A DNA stretch of 64,000 nucleotides from Octopus vulgaris (GCA_951406725.2 OX597830.1:76818001-76882000), one strand, 5' to 3'; counted from the stretch's first letter, positions 40,601-54,470 are shown. Notes: generated by a model not told the origin, from the sequence alone. Numbers and translations are program-made.

Positions 40601-40637
40601 AATGAGAGTGTGCGTGTGTGTGTACATATAAAGATAA

Positions 40638-40710
<73 letters not shown>

Positions 40711-40764
40711 GAAAACAAAAAGTGAGAGATAGATCGATATATCTGCATATAATACTGAATTTCA

Positions 40765-41487
40765 AATTTTGGCACAAGACCACCATGTTCAAGAGAGTGA
40801 GTGAATTTGGTGCTTATTCTATCGAACCCGAAAAGACGAAAGGTAATGTCGCTCTCAAAAGCATTCAAAAATCAGAACATAAAGACGAACGAAATACCAT
40901 TAAGCATATTAACCGGCGTGCCGACGATACTGCAAAATCATCGGCTCTTATATTTATGCTGTATTAAAATGTGGAACAGAAGAACGACAACAGAATATAC
41001 ACAAAACAAGCAGAACACACATTGACCCCAACCATGATGAAATCCTCATTAATTATCGACCAGAAATCATCAAAATTATCGATACGTAAACTACATCTGT
41101 AATATCTACATTTGTATATGAAAATAGTTTATAGAGTTCATAGTTTGTATAGTATATAGCTTATATAGTATATAGTGAATATATATATATATATATAAGC
41201 TGGCGAGCTGGCAGAAACGTTAGCACGCCGGGCGAGATGCTTTGCGGTATTTCGTCTGCCGCTTCTTTCTGAGTTCAAATTCCGCTGAGGTCGACTTTCC
41301 CTTTCATCATTTCAGATGAATATATATATATGCAAAAGGCTTCTTTCAGTTTCTGTGTAGTAAATCCAATCACAAGGCCTTGGTCGGTTCGAGGTTATAG
41401 AAGAAGACACTTGCCCAAGGTACCGCGCAGTGGAACTCAACCCGGAAAAATGTGGTTAGGAAGCAAGCTTCTTACCACACAGCCATA
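40765..41487. mobile_element. SINE fragments: B (40765-40950, -), B head (41200-41312, +), A head (41335-41487, -)
   Basis: Identity to the family consensuses. Confidence 0.75.
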
Positions 41488-41831
41488 TGAAATATAATAT
41501 TATCTGGGTAATAAACTTATATTTCTATAGCTTTTTCTGCGGATATCAGTTACCAGATGCTATCATAACAGTATGAATATATTCATTTATTGAATATACG
41601 AGTGGAAATCCATTATTATCTGTATAATTAATACAAAAGAATCTGTGACTAAATACATACTTTTGTCCATATATTGAGTGCTCTTTTTCTTCTTAGTTAT
41701 ACATTCAAATACACATTTGTTACGGTGGTGCATCTCAATAAAAATTTCTAATCTATAATAAATCAGTATTCACCTATCTTTATCTTATTCTTTTATTTGT
41801 TTCAGATATTGAGCAGAGAGGATATAAAACA

Positions 41832-41880
<49 letters not shown>

Positions 41881-42069
41881 ACACACACACTACGCACAAT
41901 ACTCATATGTCTATATGCCTGTTTGTTTGTGTGTGTGTGTGTGTGGAATATATATACAGAGAGAGAGAGGAGACAGAGACAGAGACAGACAGACAGACAT
42001 ATAAGAACAGAGAAGGAGGTAGATAGATAGATAAATAGATGTAGATATGCTAGTTATATATATATGTAT

Positions 42070-42190
42070 ATTAATTAGCCGAAATTTGCTAGGACGATCC
42101 GGTTCCTGACTGAAGATTATAGGCTTCGAATGACCCGTCCGTTTTTGTGTCGTCTCTTTGTGTTTTTTACGTTCTTGTCCCATTTTTATA
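42070..42190 (+). mobile_element. P4 element copy 3
   Basis: GCCGAAATTTGC...CCTGACTGAAGATTATAGGCTTCGAATGACCCGTCC...GTTCTTGTCCCATTTT. Confidence 0.65.
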
Positions 42191-42193
42191 TTA

Positions 42194-42230
<37 letters not shown>

Positions 42231-42769
42231 GTGTGTGAGTGTATGTGTATATATATATATATATATACATGTGTGTGCGGTTGTGCATGTATGTATGTAT
42301 GTATATATATGTATATATATATATACATAAATATATTCATATATGTATATATATAAATATATACATATATATAAGTATATATACATATAAATATATATAA
42401 ATATATATATATATATTTATATATGCACATACACGAGCACGCACACGCGCACACACAGACACATGCACACAACGCACACACGCACACACACACACACACA
42501 CACACATACAGATAGATGACCAAGAAATAGTATTTTTAGGTTAAACATTATCGGGTATATATACTGTTTTCACGTGTTGTTCCTTTCGAAAATAGTTAAA
42601 ATGGAAACTAAAAGTCAAAATGTAATGTACTTGAGCTTGGATTTACATATCGCACTTACTGTATACATATAGACGTCTAGCGTTCGGTTGTTTGCTGCCC
42701 TAAACCTCCTACATATACGTGTGTGTATGTATGTTTGTATGTATGTATGAATAAATGAAGGTACATATT

Positions 42770-42823
<54 letters not shown>

Positions 42824-43052
42824 TGTGTGTATGTACATATGTATATATATATATGTGTGTGTGTGCGTGAGTGTGTACGTATATATATATGTGCAGTATA
42901 TATGTATATATATTTTTGTGTGTATATATATATATATATCGTATCTAAAGGCATATATGCACGCATATTTATGTTAACACACACACACACACATAAACAT
43001 CCACACACGTACACACATATACATGCATATACATATATACACATATAAACAT

Positions 43053-43095
<43 letters not shown>

Positions 43096-43227
43096 ATGAT
43101 ATACCCGAAAATGAAGCACACACTAAAGCATAGGTTAAGTTCTTTATAGGTGCGAAACTATTGGTCAATCTACGACCGGACATTCACTTTACTGCACATT
43201 ATACATACATATATATATGAGTGTGTA

Positions 43228-43303
<76 letters not shown>

Positions 43304-44069
43304 GAAGATATTTGGTTGTTTATGCTTCGCAATATTTGATGAAAATTTATAAATAAATTGTAATGAATTATAATGTCAGATGTTTAAATGTATAGCTACC
43401 CATATGTGTAAGAGACTTTAATATACGTACTATATGTATCTAAAAGCAAACACACATAAACATACACACACATACATATATATATATATACATATATATA
43501 TACACATATATACATATACACGTATATATATGTGTGTGTGTATGTAATATATATATGCGCACATATATCTATACATATATATGTATGCACACACACACAC
43601 GAATATATATATCATACATATTCATACAATATTTGCATACATATACACACATTTCCGTGTGTACATCTTAAAATACATTTACAGAATTAAGGTTTCCTAT
43701 AATAAAGTAATGCGTTTATTTACTTATCTATTTATTTATTTATTAATTTATTTGTTTCGAAATTACTTTCTTTGTCGATAACCAATGCAGCTTATGCAGG
43801 TTGTAGACAAGCAAGACATTATTTGAGGAAGATATGCGTTCTATTTCTAGCACGTCAAGCACAATGTTGGGGGTCACTGCTCCATTAGTTCCTCTGACAA
43901 TACTTTTTCGATTCTGGTCATTATTCAAATTCTCTATTTTGCAACAATATGGACGATAATAATAATAATATCTCCGACACTAAAGTTGTAAACATTTTTT
44001 GTGGTTTATAGGAGGAAGATGAAGATGAGGAGAAATGATGGTGAGATACTTTTTTTTTTTTCTTTTTTG

Positions 44070-44290
44070 ACCTCTCACTTGTTTTAGTTATTAGACTGCG
44101 GCCATGCTGGGGCAGTGCCCTTAAGAATTTTAATGGAATGAATCAACCCCAGTAATTATTAGTTTTTAAAGTCTGGTACTTATTCTATCCGGCTCTTTTG
44201 CAGAACCGGTATGTTAAGAGGATGCAAACACACCAACACCGGTTGTCAAACGGTGGTGGCAGACAAACACTAATACAAAGACATAGAAAA
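44070..44290 (-). mobile_element. SINE family A, 3' half
   Basis: GACTGCGGCCATGCTGG...GGTACTTATTCTATC. Confidence 0.75.
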
Positions 44291-44364
44291 CACACACGAA
44301 TACATGGGTGCGCATACACACACACCCACACAGAAGCGTTCACATTTCTGTATATAGGAGTATG

Positions 44365-44396
<32 letters not shown>

Positions 44397-44659
44397 TGTA
44401 TGTATGTATGTATGTATGTATGTATGTATGTATGCATGTATGCGTGTGAAAGGGATGCAGCGTATCGTATCTGTTAGCGTCTGTGAGTGAGCATTTGTTT
44501 GTCCACTGGGGTCAGTGTGATACAAAAGGCGAACGTTTCCCCGAATGTATTGGCCACAATACAGTCGAAGTTGCTTTTGTATTTCCACTTTTCATGATTT
44601 CCTTGAGGTTAGATCCAGGTGGCTGTTTATAATTACCATAACACGCACGCGCTACAATA

Positions 44660-44860
44660 CTCTTTTACTTGTTTCAGTCATTTTGACTGCGGCCATGCTG
44701 GAGCACCGCCTTTAGTCGAGCAAATCGACCCCGGGACTTATTCTTTGTAAGTCCAGTACTTATTCTATCGGTCTCTTTGCCGAACCGCTAGGCGACGGGG
44801 ACGTAAACACACCAGCATCGGTTGTCAAACAATGCTAGGGGGACAAATACACACACACAA

Positions 44861-44897
<37 letters not shown>

Positions 44898-45047
44898 TAC
44901 GACAGGCTTCTTTCAGTTTCCGTTACCAAATCTACTCACAAGGCATTGGTCGGCCCGGGGCTATAGCAGAAGACACTTGCCCAAGATGCCACGCAGTGGG
45001 ACTGAACCCGGAACCATGTGGTTGGTTAGCAAGCTACTTACCACAGA
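44660..45047 (-). mobile_element. SINE family A, near full length, young
   Basis: Very close to the 1255-1665 copy. Confidence 0.9.
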
Positions 45048-45499
45048 GAAATGACCACTAATAGTGAACAGCCTGTGTGCATGCTGTCCACAATTAGTGG
45101 TCATTCCTCTAAATTTTGCATGTATAAAATTTTTAATCTTCGGATTTTTTTTCAAATATGCTAGGCCACTGGTTTTAATTGATTAATATCAATTTCTACC
45201 CTTATTTATTTATATATATATATATGTATGTGTGTGTCTGCGTGTGTGTCGTTGCAAATAGGAAAAATAGAACTGAAATTATGAGTACGTGTATACTTTA
45301 TTATTATTTAGCAGCAGTAACCAAGTGACTTAAGGTCAGAGTGTTTAGTCCGTTGGCACTTAACAGAGTGCAACCGCACGAATCTCTCGGACCTCGAGTT
45401 ACTGTATTACTTCTGCTAAATATTAATATTATATATATATATATATATACAGAGACAGATAGAAATAGGTAGACAGACATATAGATGTGTACATATATA

Positions 45500-45547
<48 letters not shown>

Positions 45548-46224
45548 GACATATCCATATATATATATATCTGTATGTATATATATATATGTGTGTGTGT
45601 ATCTATCTATCTATTGATCTATATATATATATATATATATATAGATAGATATATAGATACATACATACATGTATACATACATACCCACCTATATAGTCAT
45701 TCTCTCTCTCTCTATATATATATATATGTATTTATATATATATATATATAACACTTCCAGGAAATCTTAAGCCTTCAGTTTAATGTGAAATTGCTATTAG
45801 ATGTAACTTGACACATAATGAATCATTTACACACACCCTCAGATGCACATATAAACAGACATAGACAGACACATACATATACACACTCTCACACGCACGT
45901 ACGTTTAAATAGGTTTTGCTGTTGCTACGTAGAATTTTGTGTATACACATGACAACATACATACATCTGTGTTAGCTTATCCCTACATTTAATCGCGTAT
46001 GAGTATATGTATCACAGTGTGTATATCTATAGTTGTGTGTCTAATTTTCATACTAATTATCTCAGGATTCCTAATGATTTAATTGTAAATTCAGTTAATA
46101 ATTAAATAATTAACTTAACCGCAACTCCATTATCATTATCAGTATGTTCCATGTCTAGATTACAGACATTTCTACACTCATGCATATATACACACACACG
46201 ACTTCATTTGCTAAAAGGCGCATG

Positions 46225-46310
<86 letters not shown>

Positions 46311-46317
46311 TAGATAT

Positions 46318-46364
<47 letters not shown>

Positions 46365-46439
46365 CATGTGTATCTAAATATATGTATATATATGTATATA
46401 TATATATAAATATATATATATGCACATACATACATATGT

Positions 46440-46494
<55 letters not shown>

Positions 46495-46636
46495 AATGTA
46501 TAATACACAACATAGATATATACATACACAAACATAGATATATGCATATATGTATGAATCTATATATGTGTATATATATATGTGTGTGTATGCATATCTA
46601 AATATATATTATATATGTACGTGCCTATATATACAC

Positions 46637-46761
<125 letters not shown>

Positions 46762-47022
46762 TAATATATAAGACGAACTTCTTTCATTTTCCATCAGCCT
46801 ATTCCGTTCAAAAAACATTAGACAGCCCCGGTTGCTGGGAAAGCAGCTTTTTAACACACGACCATACCTTTGCCTATAGAAACATGGGAAATGGAGCGGG
46901 GGGGGAAGAGATAGATTGATCGATAAATAGATAGATTGATTGGCTGATTGATAGATTGATAGACAAATAGATAGATATATTAATAGATAGATAGATATAT
47001 AAATGTATATATATGTATATAC

Positions 47023-47066
<44 letters not shown>

Positions 47067-47159
47067 ACCTTTCTATCTATATCTATATATATGTATATAT
47101 ATATACATAAATATAGATTCACATATGTGGTTACATACACAATTATATATATATATATG

Positions 47160-47463
47160 ACCGTGGCCGTGACTGACCAGGATATCACATGTTGTTGCAC
47201 ATCGTTGGTCACAATGCGCTTCGCACTGTTTTAGCCTTCAAATGATGCCACCCCGCAGGCTAAGCGAGCAGGCCAATAGAAGAGAGAGTGAGAGAAAGTT
47301 GGCGAAAGAGTACAGCAGGGATCGCCACCACCCCCTGCCGGAGCCTTGTGGAGCTTTAGGTGTTTTCGCTCAATAAACACTCACAATGCCCGGTCTGGGA
47401 ATCGAAACCGCGATCCTACAACCGCGAATCCATTGCCCTAAACACTGGGCCATTGCGCCTCCA
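47160..47463 (-). mobile_element. SINE family C, third tail type
   Basis: C head plus tail GGCCTGCTCGCTTAGCC...GAAGGCTAAAACAGTGCGAAGCGCATTGTGACC...GGTCAGTCACGG. Confidence 0.8.
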
Positions 47464-47511
47464 CACACACACACACACGCGCACACACACACACACACAC
47501 ATATATATATG

Positions 47512-47543
<32 letters not shown>

Positions 47544-47950
47544 TAGATAGATAGATATAGATATAGATATTGATATAGATATATATACATATATATATAG
47601 ATACACTTACATATATACACATATATACATACACACACAGAAACACACATGCACATTCACACACAGGTACACGTACACACACATGTATAGGTATAAGTAG
47701 TTACTTAAACCTTGAGTATACACTTGGTAGTGTACTGATTAAAGCATATTAACTGTGTATGGTTATCTGATGCCATCTTCCGTTTTGATATAAATCCTAC
47801 TGTATCCAATTCAGGAATTCCTCAAGGTCTGTCGAGCATCTAACAAATGATAAAACAGAAAATGCGCCCGTGCTGAACTGATGCAAGATGGGTCGAAACG
47901 ATCGTTGTGATTAGGAATCACATGAATTCCATTTTCTCTGCCTCTCAATT

Positions 47951-47986
<36 letters not shown>

Positions 47987-48289
47987 AGTGTGTGTGTGTG
48001 TATGCCTGTGTGTGTGAATGTATGTTTATGTGTGTGTGTGTGTGTGTGTGTCTGTATACATGCACATACGATTACATGCTTATTTGTATGCTTTTCTAAC
48101 TTGGAAGCTCATCAATAGGACCAAGATATAATGAGAATTACCAATACTGGAGCCAATTTCAAGCAGGGCCGCTCAAGTAGGGCCGCTGCTCAATCACTAT
48201 AGCATTTTAAAGACACACGTATAAAAGCACTAATTACCACACATACCATTTAGCACACGGAAACAGACTCACATGCATACATACATACA

Positions 48290-48376
<87 letters not shown>

Positions 48377-48680
48377 GCATATATGCATATATATGCATGT
48401 ATCTGTGTCAGTGTATGTGTTTGTGCATGTGTGTGTGTGTGTGATGGTCATTCACACAGTTTCTGTCAATCAAGTTCATTCAGTAGACACAAGTCAGCCC
48501 TGACGTTTACCGAATGTCCGGCATTGTGTTTCTGAACCTGTTGCCTCAGAGTTGGGAAGAAGTGTTCTTAACTGCACGCAAACAAATACGCAAACAAATA
48601 CGCTCCTGCATGCACAAATGCAAGTTGCAAACTGTTTTTAATAATCATAATAATAATAATAACAATAATAATAATAGTAA

Positions 48681-49115
48681 TAGAGAAATTAAGGCCAACA
48701 GACCAGATATAGTTGTCAGAGATCATGAAGAAAACAAATTCTTTCTAATTGATGTATCAATACCGGCAGATGACAACGTGTCTCTAAAAGAAATGGAGAA
48801 ACTTTCAAAATACAAAGACCTGGAAATAGAGGTAACCAGAATGTGGAATCTAAAAACAGAAACAATTCCTATCATAGTAGGTGCAGTAGGCATGGTAAAA
48901 AAATATTCAGACAAATACATAACAAAAACACCAGGACTTACAAACACATATAACATACAGAAAATTGCACTACTAGGCACTGCACACATCCTACGCAGAA
49001 CACTTTCCATACAATAACCATCAGAGCATCACAACAAATCACAGCACATACCCAAGGCACACAGAGCTGCGCTCGGTAGTGAAGTGAAATCACGCTATAA
49101 AAATAAAACTACTGG
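48681..49115 (+). mobile_element. 5'-truncated R4/Dong-clade non-LTR retrotransposon inserted in (TAA)n
   Basis: REL-domain ORF end plus ~100-nt 3' UTR, flanked by (AAT)n at 48640-48680 and 49118-49200; Dong elements are known to target TAA repeats. Confidence 0.9.
48682..49017 (+). CDS. Restriction-like endonuclease C-terminal fragment of the R4/Dong ORF (no start codon, stop-free)
   Basis: REIKANRPDIVVRD...FLIDVSIPADDNVSLKEMEKLSKYKDLEIEVTRMW...IPIIVGAVG...IQKIALLGTAHILRR: RPD..D..EK..KY motif. Confidence 0.85.
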   Translation, partial: REIKANRPDIVVRDHEENKFFLIDVSIPADDNVSLKEMEKLSKYKDLEIEVTRMWNLKTETIPIIVGAVGMVKKYSDKYITKTPGLTNTYNIQKIALLGTAHILRRTLSIQ

Positions 49116-49118
49116 ATG

Positions 49119-49193
<75 letters not shown>

Positions 49194-49199
49194 TTAATA

Positions 49200-49848
49200 A
49201 TTCTTTCTACTGAAAGTACAAGACCTAACATTTTGGGGGCCGGGTCTTGTCGATTAGGTCGACCCCATTACGTAACTGGTACTTAATTTATCGACCCTGA
49301 AAGAATGACAGTCATAGTCGACCTCGGCGGAATTTGAACTCAGAACTTAGCAACAGGCGAACCCCACTAAGCATTTCGTCCAGCACGCTAACGATTCCAC
49401 CAGCTTGACGCCTTGAATAATCTTTTCTTTTCTACTGGAGGCACAAGGCCTGAAATTTTGGTGGAGGGGATCAGTCGATTACATTGGCCCCAGTGTTTCA
49501 CTGGTACTTAACTTTTCTACCACAAAAGAATGAAAGGCAAAGTCGACTTTGGCGGGATTTGAACTTAGAACGTGGAGACAGGCTAGATACCGTTAAGCAT
49601 TTCGTCCAGCGTGCTGACGATTCTGAAAGATTGCCGCTTCTTATAATGATACTTTCTACTATAGGCACAAGGCCTGAAATTTTGGGGAAGCTGGGAGTGG
49701 ATTACATCGACCACAGTACTCTACTGGTACTTAAGTTATCGATCCCGAAAGGATGAAAGGCAAAATCGAACTCAAAAAGTAGCGAGAGGCGAATTACTGC
49801 TAAGCCATCCGTCCGGTGTGCTGACGATTCTGCCAGCTCACCGCTCCT
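49200..49848 (-). mobile_element. Three head-to-tail SINE family B copies, tail type 2
   Basis: Units at ~49200-49415, ~49425-49645 and ~49650-49848, each starting TTTCTACT...ACAAG.CCT.A.ATTTTGG on the plus strand. Confidence 0.85.
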
Positions 49849-49972
49849 AATAATAATAACAATGATAATTATACATATGTGTGTGTGTGTGTGTGTGTAT
49901 GTGTTTATCCACAAATAAGGAGTTGAGCACTCATTCTCGCTGTACTATATTAGAGTGTGTATGTATGTATAT

Positions 49973-50053
<81 letters not shown>

Positions 50054-50363
50054 TATGTGCGTGAGTGTATGCGCGTGCGTGTGTGCGTGTGTATGTGTGC
50101 TTGTGTATGTATATCAAAACAGGAGATTGTAAAATTCACCATTACATGTGTTTCATCTCCTAATAGGTATTACAAATTTGTAGTAGAAAAGATGTAAGTT
50201 TCAGGGAAAAATTCAGTCTTATTCGTGATAGTGAAAGAATAATACCAGAAATTTTTCCTAACTCCTGAATAATTTGCTGGAAAATATTTTCCAGTTCTTT
50301 CAACTCTTATGCATAACTTATACATATTGAACAACCTGTTGTGCTATAAGGGGTCACAGTTTG

Positions 50364-50437
<74 letters not shown>

Positions 50438-50452
50438 TGTATATATATATAT

Positions 50453-50667
50453 AGTTAATCCAAACAAGAAAGCACAAAAAAAACACAACAACGCAAGGAC
50501 GTGGAACAAATAAAGTATTATTGGACGCTCAAGAAAGAAGGGAAGAAGGAAGGTTTAACGTTTCGAGCGGAGCTCTTCGTCGGAAACATACGAGAAGGAA
50601 AGATCCCGAGAAGGGAAGACAGGGGGAAAAATCGCTAGTGATACAGACGAGGTCACATACTAAAAGA

Positions 50668-50670
<3 letters not shown>
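50453..50670 (-). mobile_element. (TA)n-inserted element P3 with a hammerhead motif
   Basis: (TA)n on both sides; homologous to 63787-64000. Confidence 0.75.
50553..50587 (-). ncRNA. Putative minimal type I hammerhead ribozyme
   Basis: Minus strand GTTT-CCGACGA-A-GAGC tcc GCTC-GAA-ACGT-T-AAAC (U4 to C in this copy). Confidence 0.5.
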
Positions 50671-50751
<81 letters not shown>

Positions 50752-51340
50752 GAATCTATCTTTATACACACGCACACACACGCCTACACGGAGGTATTAA
50801 AATAGCTGGAAAGTAGATGTATACTTCGATACCCATACCTATACCATATAGGTATATAGACACAAACACATACACAATAACCAATGCTCAACATGAACAC
50901 AGAATTTATTAAACATAAAACACACACACACACACATGCACACATTCACTGAGATGTACACATTTATCTGAAATAGCAACAGGCAGCAGCTATTAACTTC
51001 CCGTTGGTTATATTCACCGTTTTCCTTAATCCGGGTCTTTTCACGTGGCAGCCATTTATTATTATAATCATTATTATTATTATTATTTGTTGTTGTTGCT
51101 ATTATTATTATTACTAGTAGTAATAGACGTAGTTGTAGTAGTTATTGTTTTAATGCTGCCGTCGTTGTTGTTGTTGTAGTTGTTGTTGTTATTGTTGTTG
51201 ATGATGTTGTCATGGTGGATTTGATTCTTCATTAAACTTCTCCAATTTTCGGTCATTCATTTAAAATCTAAACTGGCTTCTAGACAGCGACTTCGTAATA
51301 AAAATTAATGGTAATTTTTTGCATTTCCAACACATGCGCG

Positions 51341-51430
<90 letters not shown>

Positions 51431-51650
51431 ATATTTATACTTAATCCTTCCTTTCAATCCAGAATTATAATCCTGGTATAAAATATTCTTCAGAAATTTT
51501 CCAAATGGCGGTTTTTCTAGAATTACCCTAACTAAAGTTCTGCAATATATCCTTTCAATTTTTTTTCTTTTTACAAATGAATAAAGTATATATGTAGGCA
51601 TGTATGTGTGTGCTTGAGTGTGTGTGTGTGCATGCATGCATGTATGTATG

Positions 51651-51682
<32 letters not shown>

Positions 51683-51849
51683 TACATACACACACACACA
51701 CATATGTGTATATATATATATACATACACAGAGAGAAAGAGAGAGAAGAGAGAATGAAAGCAGAAAGAGAGCACAAATATGAAAGCCGATTTGATTTCCT
51801 GTATGCATTTTTTTTTATGAATCAATATGTACGAATATGTACGAGTTGT

Positions 51850-52035
51850 CCACAGAGAGGTCAAACAAGGACAGACAAAACGGATTAAGTCGATTAGATC
51901 GACCCCAGTGCGTAACTGGTACTTAATTTATCGACCCCTAAAGGATGAAAAGCAAAGTCGACCTCGGCGGAATTTGAACTCAGAACGTAGCAGCAAACGA
52001 AATACCGCTAAGCATTTCGCCCGGCGCACTAACGT
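51850..52035 (-). mobile_element. SINE family B, tail type 1
   Basis: Identity to 30746-30978. Confidence 0.88.
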
Positions 52036-52424
52036 TTTTGTCAGCTCGCCGCCTGAAAGATTGATATTTCTTTGACGGAAATTGTATAGAAGCGCTATGG
52101 ATTGGTTGTCCATGTAATTCATATCATCGTACTACATTGACTCTGTGTGAGCATTACATTATGAGAGTACAAATACCTGTGGAATACTCAGCCACTTATA
52201 TTTTAATTGAATAAGAAGGAAATTTAGTTGATCGAAAAAGTAAATAATCTTTCTCTAAACTAACGGAGATCCACTCAAAAATTTCCCTGGGGTGGCTGCG
52301 TGTATGTGTGGTGGTGTATGTTACTGTGCGTATGCGTCTATGTGTGTGCGCATGCGTGTGTGCATGCGCATTGCCTGGCTGTGGCAACTGCTGTTAAGTG
52401 AGGAAAACGAGAATTTATAATAGC

Positions 52425-52454
<30 letters not shown>

Positions 52455-52460
<6 letters not shown>

Positions 52461-52672
52461 CCTTTCTACTATAGGCAGAAGGTCAGAAAATCCGGGGGGA
52501 AGGGCTAAGTCGATTACATCAACCCCTAGCACTCAACTGGTACTTATGGAATCGACCCCAAAAGCAATGACAGGCAAATACGTCCTTGGTCTTATTTGAA
52601 CTCAGAAACGAAAGGACGGACGAAATGCAGTTAAGCATTTTGCCCGGCGTGCTAACGATTCTGTCAGCTCGA
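52455..52672 (-). mobile_element. SINE family B, tail type 2 ending in (ATT)n
   Basis: (AAT)n followed by CCTTTCTACTATAGGCA on the plus strand. Confidence 0.8.
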
Positions 52673-52674
52673 TA

Positions 52675-52675
52675 A

Positions 52676-52740
<65 letters not shown>

Positions 52741-53190
52741 GACGAAGAGGATGACGATAACGATGATGTAACGACGATGATGATAATGACGATGATGATA
52801 ATGACGATGATGATGATGACGACGACTTCAACGAGGACGACGATGATGAAGATAGTAGAAGTAGTAGTAGTAGTAGTAGTAGTATAGTAGTACAAGTAGG
52901 TGTATAGTAGTGGTAGTAGTAGTAGTTGTAGTAGTAGTTGTAGTAGTTGTAGTAGTTGTAGTTGTTGTATAGTAGTAGTAGTTGTATAGGAGTAGTAGTG
53001 GTGGTGGTGGTGGTGGTGGTGGTGGTGGCATTAGTAATAGTATTTGTAGTATTAGTATTAGAGATTGAACTTTTAGTTGACGTCGTCGTCGTCGTCGTCG
53101 TCGTCACCGTGATAGTAGTAAAGTAGAGGTGGTAGTGGTTAGCAATGATAGTGGTCGTTGTAGTGGTAGTAGCAGCAGTGGTTGTTACTC
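52675..53190. repeat. Trinucleotide mosaic (GAT)n/(GTA)n/(GGT)n/(GTC)n
   Basis: Direct reading. Confidence 0.9.
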
Positions 53191-53521
53191 TCAGAAACTT
53201 TTTTTTCAAGTTTATAAACACAAAATACAATAACAACGTCCACCTTCAATGATTTGTAAGCCTATCTTCCTGTCTTTCCGCTTGCCCCTCTGTCAGGCTG
53301 TCACCCTGTCTGCCTGTTTGTCTTCCTGTATGTATGTATGTATGTATGTATGTATGTATGTATGTATGTATGTATGTATGTATGTATGTATGTATGTATG
53401 GGTGTGTGTATGTACGTATGTATGTAAGTATGTATGTATGTATGTATGTATGTTTGTTGATTTACCTGTCAGAATATATTTATCGGTCTGTCCGTCTACC
53501 TGTCTTTTTGCGTGTATGCAT

Positions 53522-53571
<50 letters not shown>

Positions 53572-53656
53572 CTATATCATGGCGGTTCTCCGGCATGGCG
53601 ACAGTCTAATGACTAAAACATGTATAAAAGTTAAAAGATATAGATATATATAGCGG

Positions 53657-53696
<40 letters not shown>

Positions 53697-53811
53697 GAGA
53701 GAGAGAAAGAAAGGGAGAGGCAGTTATATACTTAAATGCACTGTGATACACTTATAAATATACAAAACATATTTATATACATATATGTGTGTATATATAT
53801 GTAAATATATG

Positions 53812-53900
<89 letters not shown>

Positions 53901-54017
53901 TTACGGCCATATATATATTCTTACGGTTCTCGTCTGATGACCGAAGTTAAGCCTAGTGAGTACTTAGATAGGTGACTGCTTGGGAAACCTAGGTACTCTC
54001 AGCGTCATATATTTTAT

Positions 54018-54174
54018 AGGCGCAGGAGTGGCTGTGTAGTAAATACATGGTTCTCGGTTCAGTCCCACTGCGTGGCACCTTGGACAAGTGTCTTCTTCTA
54101 TAGCCTCGGGCCGACCAAAGCCTTGTGAGTGGATTTGGTAGACGGAAACTGAAAGAAGCCCGTCGTATATATAT

Positions 54175-54257
<83 letters not shown>

Positions 54258-54470
54258 TGTCCCCCCACCCAATATCGCTTGACAACCAATACTGGTCTAT
54301 TTACGTCCCCGTAACTTAGCGGTTCGACATAACAGACCGATAGAATAAGTACTAGGCTTACAAGGAATAAGTCGATTTGCTCGATTTGCTCGATTTGCTC
54401 GACTAAAGGCGGTGCTCCAGCATGGCCGCAGTCAAATGACCGATACAAGTAAAAAGAGTAAAAAAAAGAG
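54018..54470 (+). mobile_element. SINE family A, full length
   Basis: GGCGCAGGAGTGGCTGTGT head; internal triplication of TCGATTTGC. Confidence 0.9.

Noticed and set aside
48514-48681. N-terminal part of the 167-aa ORF 48514-49017
   Set aside because: Chance read-through from flanking DNA and (AAT)n into the Dong fragment.
52340-52390. NRF1-like TGCGCATGCG motifs (also ~8626 and ~13610)
   Set aside because: They arise readily from decayed (TG)n/(CA)n repeats; no independent support.
52664-53236. 190-aa Thr/Tyr/His-rich ORF
   Set aside because: Product of a trinucleotide mosaic that is open in several frames; no complex coding segment.
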